From contig CAWDSQ010000027.1 of the NCBI GenBank assembly GCA_963804955.1, forward strand, positions 1-52,208: 52,208 nt of DNA. The letters run 5' to 3'. The position numbers were made by a program, and so were the translations under genes. This DNA is from an uncultured delta proteobacterium (GTDB taxonomy: Bacteria > Desulfobacterota > WTBG01 > CAIYCZ01 > CAIRTM01). A model generated the notes under the pieces. The model saw nothing but the letters and a program-made list of their open reading frames with translations, was not told where the DNA came from and did not search any database. Position 1 is the stretch's first letter. Each line of letters opens with the position of its first letter. This document shows, in pieces, positions 44,246-52,208 of this stretch.

Positions 44246-45412
44246 TTAGATGCCCGCCTTTGACCGGAGCATATCTGCCATGTCGGTTTTTTCCCAGAAG
44301 AAATCCTGATCCTCTCTGCCGAAGTGGCCATAGGCCGCCGTCTTTTTATAAATCGGCCGCAGCAGGTTAAGTTTCTTGATGATGGCCGAGGGCCGGAAGT
44401 CGAACACTTCGCTGACGATGGCGGCGATTTTGTCGGGCGAAATTTTTGTGCTCGTGCCGAAAGTGTTAATCATGACCGACACGGGCTTGGCAACGCCGAT
44501 GGCATAGGCAAGCTGCACTTCGCAGGCGCCGGCAAGGCCTGCGGCCACCACGTTTTTGGCGGCATAGCGGGCCATGTAGGCTGCGGAGCGGTCAACCTTG
44601 GAGGGGTCTTTGCCGGAAAAAGCGCCGCCGCCGTGGCGCCCCACGCCGCCATAGGTGTCGCAGATGATCTTGCGGCCCGTGAGGCCGCAATCGCCCTGGG
44701 GCCCGCCCACAACAAACCGGCCTGTGGCATTGATGTAAAATTTGGTCTTCTCATCCATCATGGACTCGGGAATCACTTTTTTAATGACTTCCTCGATAAT
44801 GCCTTCCTTGATGTCCTTGTCCTTCACATCGGGGCGGTGCTGCGTCGCGATGACCACGGCATCGCACCGGACGGGCTTGCGGTTTTTATATTCGATGGTG
44901 ACCTGCGATTTGCCGTCGGGCCGCAGGAAATCAAGGATATTGTTCTTGCGCACAAAGGCAAGGCGGCTCGTGAGGCCGTGGGCGAACATGATGGGCATGG
45001 GCATCAGCTCGGGGGTTTCGTCGCAGGCATAGCCGAACATCATGCCCTGGTCGCCGGCGCCCTGCTCGTGGCCGGCATGCTCGTCGACGCCCATGGCGAT
45101 GTCTGGCGACTGGCGGTCGATGGAGCTCATGATGGCGCAGGTCTCATAGTCAAAACCCATGGATGAATCCGTGTAGCCGATCTCCTTGATCGTGTTGCGG
45201 ACGATATCGGGAAAGTGCGCATAGCAGTCCGTGGTGATCTCGCCGGCGATGATAGCCACGCCCGTTGTCACCATGGTTTCGCATGCTACGCGGCACTTCT
45301 TGTCCTGCGCCATAATGGCATCAAGAACCGCGTCGGATATCTGGTCGGCGATCTTATCAGGATGGCCTTCGGTAACTGATTCTGAAGAATAAAGAAAATT
45401 GGTCATTGACAT
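44246..45412 (-). CDS. metK: S-adenosylmethionine synthetase
   Basis: [26 protein letters not shown]. Confidence 0.98.
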   Translation of the reverse strand: MSMTNFLYSSESVTEGHPDKIADQISDAVLDAIMAQDKKCRVACETMVTTGVAIIAGEITTDCYAHFPDIVRNTIKEIGYTDSSMGFDYETCAIMSSIDRQSPDIAMGVDEHAGHEQGAGDQGMMFGYACDETPELMPMPIMFAHGLTSRLAFVRKNNILDFLRPDGKSQVTIEYKNRKPVRCDAVVIATQHRPDVKDKDIKEGIIEEVIKKVIPESMMDEKTKFYINATGRFVVGGPQGDCGLTGRKIICDTYGGVGRHGGGAFSGKDPSKVDRSAAYMARYAAKNVVAAGLAGACEVQLAYAIGVAKPVSVMINTFGTSTKISPDKIAAIVSEVFDFRPSAIIKKLNLLRPIYKKTAAYGHFGREDQDFFWEKTDMADMLRSKAGI

Positions 45413-45580
45413 AACGGTACATCCTCCGAATAAATAATAATGTTTAAAAAGGTCTTATAGGACATTGGATTTCGTATGTCAAATTAATTTAAGTTGCATA
45501 TTCTGCTGGCTTTTCCTGTACATTTGCAGAAAAAAATATAAACGTTCATACTGTCGTGCAGTTTTTTTGTTCAGGAAGAA

Positions 45581-46376
45581 ATGATAATCGTCGATACTAC
45601 TATATGCCGGATCGGTATCCGGGCACTGCGGCTCGGAGGCGCAGTACTGAAAGACTATTACGGCCGGGTCAGTCAGGTCATGCATAAGGGAAAGCTTGAC
45701 CTGGTGACCGATGTTGATCACCGGTCGGAAGAGACAGTGGTGCAGTTCCTGGCTGCAAACTGTCCTGAGCATGGTATACTGACTGAAGAACGTGCCGAGA
45801 TAGCCTCCCGGTCAGGCAGCCGCTGGATTCTCGACCCCCTTGACGGAACGACCAACTATGCTCACGGCTATCCGTTCTTCTGCGTGTCGCTTGCTTTTGA
45901 GCAGGATGGCGCTGTCGTATGGGGCGGCGTATACGATCCGCTGCGGGACGAGCTTTTCACGGCTCAGCACGGCGAAGGCGCCCGCTCAATGAACGCGCGG
46001 TGAAGGTTTCTCAAACCACGGGATCTGGGCTCAGCGCTTCTGTGCACGGGTTTCCCTTATGATGTGCATGCAAGCGCAGAAAACAATATTGACCATTTTG
46101 TGCGCTTTTTGAAAAAGGCCCGCGCCGTGCGGCGCGACGGCTCGGCAGCCCTTGATCTGTGCTATGTTGCCTGCGGCCGCTTCGACGGGTTCTGGGAAAT
46201 GAAGCTGAAGCCGTGGGATATTGCCGCAGGCTGGCTTATTGTACAGGAAGCCGGCGGCAGGGTTACCGGATTTGACGGTACCGGCCTCGACACCCTCTCG
46301 GCATGATATACTTGCCTCCAACGGGCTCATTCATGAGGCCATGGTGGCTACGCTTACGGCAAAGGAACAGAATTAA
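45581..46376 (+). CDS. suhB: Inositol monophosphatase SuhB (several frameshifts)
   Basis: WILDPLDGTTNY, GSAALDLCYVA, KPWDIAAG, ASNG. Confidence 0.88.
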
Positions 46377-46981
46377 TGAAAAGATTTTTTTTGTATGCTT
46401 GTGCACTTTTTTTTGCGGCTGCTGTAGCCGGCAGCCCGGCACGCGCCGATATTTATAAATATGTTGATAAAAAAGGTGTCGTGCATTTTACCAATCTTCC
46501 CTCAAGCCCCCAGTACCGGCTGTATAAAAAAAACACTCATGAATCCAACTATATTAAAGGGCCTGCATCGTACAAAATCGGTATGGGCGGCGATGAAAAG
46601 CGCTACGACAGGGTCATTGAATCTTTATGCCGCAAATACGAGATGGACACGGCCCTTGTCAAGGCGGTCATTAAAACCGAGTCCGACTTTGACCCTTTTG
46701 CCGTATCGTCAAAGGGCGCCCAGGGGCTCATGCAGCTTATGCCCGGCACGGCCCGCGACATGCAGGTGCGCAATCCCCTTGACCCGAACCAGAACCTGCA
46801 GGGCGGCATCTGCTATCTGCGCAAGATGCTGGACATGTTCAACGGCGACATGAAGCTGGCCCTTGCCGCCTACAATGCCGGGTTCAACACGGTCATTGAG
46901 TGCGGCTGGCGTGTTCCTAATATTCCCGAAACGCGAGACTATGTGCAGAAGGTCATGTACCATATCAAACGGTACGAATAA
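46376..46981 (+). CDS. SLT lytic transglycosylase with small N-terminal DUF4124-like domain
   Basis: [42 protein letters not shown]. Confidence 0.92.
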   Translation: MKRFFLYACALFFAAAVAGSPARADIYKYVDKKGVVHFTNLPSSPQYRLYKKNTHESNYIKGPASYKIGMGGDEKRYDRVIESLCRKYEMDTALVKAVIKTESDFDPFAVSSKGAQGLMQLMPGTARDMQVRNPLDPNQNLQGGICYLRKMLDMFNGDMKLALAAYNAGFNTVIECGWRVPNIPETRDYVQKVMYHIKRYE

Positions 46982-47022
46982 AAATCTTTAGCCCCCCGCT
47001 AACCCAAAGACGGTCCAGCCTC

Positions 47023-47472
47023 ATGGAAAAGATTCCCGTTCAGATAAAACGATGCCCCGATTGCGATGATGTGCCCCTGCCGCGGTATATGACCGCCCAT
47101 GCCGCAGGGATGGATGTCTGCGCTGCCGTGCGTGAAGCGGTGGTGCTTGAGCCCGGGCAGCGCGCCCTCATACCGGCCGGCTTTTCAATAGCCCTTCCGC
47201 CGGGGGTAGAGGCGCAGATCAGGCCCCGCAGCGGTCTTGCCATCAATCACGGCATCGGCCTTCTGAATGCGCCGGGCACCATCGATGCTGATTACCGGGG
47301 CGAGGTAAAAATCATACTGATCAATCACGGACAGGAACCGTTCACCATACAGCGCGGGGAGCGCATCGCCCAGATGGTGATTCACCGCGTGCTTGAAAGC
47401 AGGTGGGAAGAGGTTTCAGAGCTGCCGCCCACTGTGCGCGATGCAGGCGGTTTCGGGCATACGGGACGGTAA
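47023..47472 (+). CDS. dut: dUTPase
   Basis: [24 protein letters not shown]. Confidence 0.97.
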   Translation: MEKIPVQIKRCPDCDDVPLPRYMTAHAAGMDVCAAVREAVVLEPGQRALIPAGFSIALPPGVEAQIRPRSGLAINHGIGLLNAPGTIDADYRGEVKIILINHGQEPFTIQRGERIAQMVIHRVLESRWEEVSELPPTVRDAGGFGHTGR

Positions 47473-47477
47473 AACGT

Positions 47478-47509
47478 AAAAAAGGCAGGGCCGCATGGCC
47501 CTGCCTTTT
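47478..47509. terminator. Bidirectional terminator
   Basis: aaaaaaggcagggcc-gcat-ggccctgcctttt. Confidence 0.9.
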
Positions 47510-47527
47510 CGATGTGAACAGATAGGG

Positions 47528-47896
47528 TTATTTTGCCGCTTTCAGCGTTGTCTCGCCTTCAAAGATTATATAGTCTTTGAACTTTTCGATCTTTTTCTCC
47601 TTGATGCCCTTTACATTCTGGAGATCTTCGATCTTTTTGAAATTGCCGTTTGTGGTGCGATAGTCGATAATTGCCTGAGCCTTTGCCGCGCCGATGCCGG
47701 GCAGCAGTTCGAGCTGTTCAGCTGTTGCGGTGTTTATATTCAGCTTGCCGCTCACCGCAGCTTTGTCTGATTTTTCCGCCTTTTCAGCGGCGGCGGGCTT
47801 TGCAGCAGATTTATCCGCCTGCTGCGCGCTACAGGGAATTACGGTAAAAGCAAACAGTACGGCAACGATCAGGGCAAAACTATGGATCTTCTTCAT
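47528..47896 (-). CDS. comEA: ComEA-like helix-hairpin-helix DNA-binding protein
   Basis: Signal peptide; LNINTATAEQLELLPGIG, VKGI. Confidence 0.88.
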   Translation of the reverse strand: MKKIHSFALIVAVLFAFTVIPCSAQQADKSAAKPAAAEKAEKSDKAAVSGKLNINTATAEQLELLPGIGAAKAQAIIDYRTTNGNFKKIEDLQNVKGIKEKKIEKFKDYIIFEGETTLKAAK

Positions 47897-48024
47897 TACC
47901 TCTCTCCTTACAATAGGGTTTATGTGGGTTAGATATACTATTAGCATTAAAAAATAGTTAATGCTGCAAACTTAATACATCGCTAATTGATTTCTGTCAA
48001 TCATTTTTATAATTATTTTTTAAA

Positions 48025-48913
48025 ATGTCAGCACCTCTCATAAGCGTCATCATCCCAACCTTTAACCGGAGCTATTGTCTTGCCGAGACCCTTGATTCGG
48101 TTCTCAGGCAAAGCTTTAAAAATTATGAGCTTATTGTTGTCGACGACGGATCAACAGATGCTACGCCGCAGCTGCTCGACCAGTATGCAGGCCGCCTCGC
48201 GCATCTGCAAACTTCCCATGCCGGGCCCAGCGCTGCCCGCAATGCCGGCATAGGAATGGCCCGGGGCGACTATATCGCCTTTCTCGACTCGGACGATCTG
48301 TGGGCTCCCCGCAAGCTTGAGCGCCAGGTGGATTTTTTTCAAAAAACCCTGATGCCCGCATCTGCCAGACCGAAGAAATATGGATCAGAAACGGCGTTCG
48401 GGTCAATCCCATGAAAAAACATAAAAAATATTCGGGCTGGATATTCAGACAGTGCCTGCCGCTGTGCATTGTAAGCCCGTCGGCTGTGATGGTGCACCGC
48501 AGCATTTTTGACCATGTTGGTCTTTTTGATGAAACAATGCCTGCCTGCGAAGATTATGACCTGTGGCTGCGCATCGCCCCGCACTACCCCATTTATCTTA
48601 TCGACAAGCCGCTGATCATCAAGCGCGGCGGGCATGACGATCAGCAGTCGCGCACCGTGCCGGCCCTTGACCGGCTTCGCATACAGGCGCTGTGCAAGCT
48701 GCTTGGGAGCGGAACCCTGCCTGCGGAACTCTGCGGGCCTGCCCTGGCAGAGCTCGAGAAAAAATGCGCGGTATACGGTGCCGCAAGCGGGGCAGGGCTG
48801 TGGCAGTCAGAGGGCGCCGGCACAGACAGGGGCGCGATGAATCCGGGCACAGGCAGGCTGTCGTATGCAACCTGCCGGACGGGCTGTTGAGCAGCAGGTT
48901 GCTGCAGCATTAG
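48025..48913 (+). CDS. GT2 glycosyltransferase (frameshifts near 48345 and ~48780; end uncertain)
   Basis: SVIIPTFNR, VDDGSTD, FLDSDD, CEDYDLWLR. Confidence 0.85.
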
Positions 48914-48973
48914 AGCAATTTTCCAATATGCGTAGCCGCTCGGGTTTGTGGAATAAAGATAGAAGTTAAGAGT

Positions 48974-49043
48974 CGTCACCCCAGTGCAGGATCCAGAAGC
49001 AAGCACATCAAAAACATGGATGCCGACTTTCGCCGGCATGACG
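48974..49043. repeat. Degenerate REP-like palindromic element (CGTCA...TGACG)
   Basis: Right arm tggatgccgactttcgccggcatgacg; decayed left arm cgtcacccc...gatccag. Confidence 0.55.
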
Positions 49044-49183
49044 GATAATATCATTTTGGGCTTTTCGTATGCTTTATTGATTGGCTATGAAAAATAAAAA
49101 CGCTCCAGTCCTGCTGCTGCCGCGCAAGCAGCCCATAAAGAGTACTAACGAGCTTCTCAAATTCTATATGACAGGGTGCTTCC

Positions 49184-49988
49184 ATGCCGCTCATCAGAAA
49201 CAAGCTGTACTACACAGTAAAAAAACTCACCGGCCAGGCCATCGGTGACTTCAATCTTGTAAGCGACGGCGACAGGATTGCCATTGGCGTTTCAGGCGGG
49301 AAGGACTCCTACAGCCTGCTGCACATGCTTGATACGCTGCGGCGCCGGGCTCCGGTAAAGTACAGCCTTGTGGCCGTCAACATCGACGCGGGCTATCCCG
49401 GCTATCGCACCGACGTGATAGAGGAGCATCTGAAGTCCTGCGGGTTTGAATACCGGATGGTGAAAACAGACATCTACCGGATTGTCGAGGCCAAGCGCAA
49501 TCCCGGCACGTCATACTGCTCCTTCTGCGCGCGGCTGCGGCGGGGCTGCCTCTACACGGCAGCCCAGGAGCTTGGCTGCAACAAGCTTGCCCTCGGCCAT
49601 CATCTCGACGACTTCATAGAAACGCTGCTTTTAAACCAGTTCTTCGTGGGCACGCTTGCCGCCATGAGCCCCCGGATGCTTGCCGACAACGGCGTGCAGA
49701 CGGTCATCCGGCCCTTTGTGTATGTTGAGGAAACGGCTATTGCACAGTTTGCCGCTGAGAACCGCTTCCCCACGGTCTCCTGCGCCTGCCCCGGTGAGCG
49801 GCAGCTTTGATATTAACCGCAAGCGGATGAAAAACCTCATTACAGACCTGGCCCGCGAAATTCCCAATATCCGCTCAAGCATGATAAAGGCTCTTGCAAA
49901 TGTGCAGCCGCGCTATCTTATGGACGGGCGTTTCACCCCGTTTGCCGATCCTGAAACCGCTGCAAACCCGGACGTTGAAGAGATTTGA
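49184..49988 (+). CDS. ttcA: tRNA 2-thiocytidine synthase TtcA (frameshift near 49795)
   Basis: SGGKDS, CSFCARLRRG, GHHLDD, VIRP, CACP. Confidence 0.93.
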
Positions 49989-50239
49989 ACAGGTGCGCCG
50001 TTAAGAATTTTCTTATGCATCGCAAAAGAGGCCGTTCCACTTTTTTTACATGGATAGCGCTCTTTTGATTCCTATCATAAGTCAAACGTAGACCTGATCC
50101 CAATCCCACCAATCCCATTTTAAAAGGCCTAACCACTATATGCAGCAGTTAGGCCCTTTTGACACCTCGCAGGATTAACACTATCTCTGACGTCTTATTT
50201 AACGCACCTACGTTCTACGTTTCATCTAATCCTCGAAGA

Positions 50240-52037
50240 CAGGAGGCTCCCCAGTCAGAGACGGGCTGTGCCACCCCCGCCACATCAGGGCGTTGAATCG
50301 CACACATCGCCTATGCCGTCGCCATCAGCGTCAAGCTGAAGGGGATTGGGTGTTATCCAGCAGTTGTCAGCGGCATCTGAAATACCGTCTCCGTCCGAAT
50401 CCACCTGGTTCTCACAGACGGGTTGCCCAATGCCGCCGCAGAACGGTATTGAATCGCACACATCGCCTATGCCGTCGCCATCAGCGTCAAGCTGAAGGGG
50501 ATTGGAAGTTATCCAGCAGTTATCGGCGGCTGCTGCAATACCGTCTCCGTCTGAATCCACCTGGTTCTCACAGACGGGTTGTCCAATATCGCCGCAGCCC
50601 GGGTCTCCATCGCACACATCGCCTATGCCGTCGCTATCGGCGTCGAGCTGAAGGGAATTGGCAGTTATCCAGCAGTTATGGCGGCATCTGCAATACCGTC
50701 ACTGTCCGAATCCAGCTGGTTCTCACAGGCAGGTTGCCCCAAGCCGCCGCAGCCGGGGTCTGTGTCGCACACATCGCCTATGCCGTCGCCATCAGCGTCG
50801 AGCTGAAGGGAATTGGCAGATCCAGCAGTTGTCAGCGGCATCTGCTATACCGTCACTGTCCGAATCCAGCTGGTTCTCAACGGCCTGACCAATGCCGCCG
50901 CAGCCGGGGTCTGTGTCGCACACATCGCCTATGCCGTCGCCATCAGCGTCGAGCTGAAGGGAATTGGCAGTTATCCAGCAGTTAGCGGCATCTGCAATAC
51001 TGTCATTGTCAGAATCAACCTGGTTCTCACAGACGGCCTGACCAATGCCGCCGCAGAAGGGCGTTGAATCGCACACATCGCCTATGCCTAGCGCAATCAG
51101 CGTCAAGCTGAAGAGGATTGAAAGTGAACGGGCAGTTATCAATAGATTCCCAAACAAGGTCATAGTCCTTATCACTTATGAACATCACAGACGGGTTGTT
51201 CGATGCCGCCGCAGCCGGGGTCTGCGTCGCACAAATCGCCTAAGCCGTCGTGATCAGCGTCAAGCTGATAAGGGTTGGAGGTGTAGGGGCAGTTATCAAT
51301 ATCTTCTCGAAAACCGTCTCCGTCCGTATCAATCTGGTTCTCACATTTGGTCAGCCCGCAGCCGAGGCCACAGCCGGGTGTTGAATCGCACACATCGCCT
51401 ATACCGTCGCCATCAGCGTCAAACTGCTTTGGACTCCGGTAAACAGGCAATTATCATAGAAATCAGAAAAGCCGTCTCCATCAGTATCTATCTGGTTTTC
51501 ACAGACAGGCATACCGCAGCCCCCGCAGCCAGGGCCTGTTGTATCGCACACATCGCCTATGCCGTCGCCATCGGCATCAAGTTGAAGGGGATTGGAGATT
51601 TCGAGCAGTTATCAGCGAAATCTGCAATACCGTCATGGTCAGAATCAACCTGGTTCTCACAGGCGGGCTGTCCAAGGCCGCCACAGCCGGGTGTTGAATC
51701 GCACACATCGCCTATGCCGTCGCCATCAGCGTCAATCTGAAAGCGATTGGCAGTGAACATGCAGTTATCCAGTGCATCAGCATAGCCGTCATTGTCAGAA
51801 TCAACCTGGTTCTCACAGACGGGCAGCCCGGGCACCGTAGCTGGCGGGGGGTCGCATACATCACCTCTGCCGTCGCCATCAGCGTCAATCTGAAGGGGAT
51901 TGAAAGTGAGCGGGCAGTTATCAGCGGCATCCAAAACGCCGTCACTGTCTGTATCTATCGGCGTCTGTGCCCCCGAAGGGCCGAGCAAAGAACATTACTG
52001 CCAAAATAACCCAAAGATATACTGCGTTTTTTTTCAT
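50240..52037 (-). CDS. Secreted thrombospondin type-3 repeat protein, about 11 repeats of 52 aa (many frameshifts; 3' end uncertain)
   Basis: GAGGGGAG RBS, ATG 52037, signal peptide; unit [52 protein letters not shown] recurring about every 156 bp. Confidence 0.8.
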
Positions 52038-52208
52038 ACTTCTCCCCTCATAAATAGTGTTTTTACATCAACAGACGAACCCCTTTACCCTTAAAAAATT
52101 TTTAAATAATGGATATTCGAAAAATTTTTATTTTATTAGAAAGATCTCTACGAATAAAATACAAAAAATTAAGAGGAAGTTAATGCCGGCATTCCTCCAC
52201 TGCCGTAT

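Noticed and set aside
45413..45580. SAM riboswitch upstream of metK
   Set aside because: Short AT-rich divergent promoter region without SAM-I/II consensus.
48911..49108. MITE with TAGAGC-type ends around the REP-like element
   Set aside because: Terminal inverted repeat match is only about 9/12.
50285..50287. In-frame TGA in the last TSP3 repeat (STP*CGG) as selenocysteine
   Set aside because: It aligns to the F/G position, not a Cys, and the region is rich in indels.
50290..51950. 156-bp periodic repeats as a CRISPR array
   Set aside because: They are protein-coding tandem repeats with no unique spacers and no cas genes.

Overview
Bacterial chromosomal window, most likely from an anaerobic Desulfobacterota/'deltaproteobacterium' (inferred from gene repertoire, MCP C-termini ending in [12 protein letters not shown], CheX and a Sec-peroxiredoxin). 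It is mostly housekeeping and accessory genes: HDAC-family deacetylase (partial), secreted alpha/beta hydrolase, DUF1820-AAA-VWA-methyltransferase run, MFS pump, HD dNTPase, Hsp33-like, PAS-LuxR, purN, phoH-HD-ybeY, rpsP-KH-trmD-rplS-rnhB-YraN-PBP1A, cheX, two tandem chemoreceptors, FabK-like, NuoG-N-like Fe-S protein, pyrE, tRNA-Leu, lipocalin, GPx, recQ, asnB, metK, suhB, dut, comEA, ttcA and a thrombospondin-3 repeat protein. At least 12 genes carry single-base frameshifts, most simply explained as uncorrected long-read indels. Best leads: a selenocysteine AhpE-type peroxiredoxin missed by the ORF track, with a structured ~190-nt candidate RNA upstream; tandem MCP genes identical except for a diverged sensor segment; rimM missing from its operon; a perfect 44-bp palindrome; and a 45-bp repeat of the VWA gene end bracketing a methyltransferase gene. 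I saw no CRISPR array, reverse transcriptase, integrase or intact transposase, and I cannot demonstrate a wholly new multi-gene system from sequence alone.
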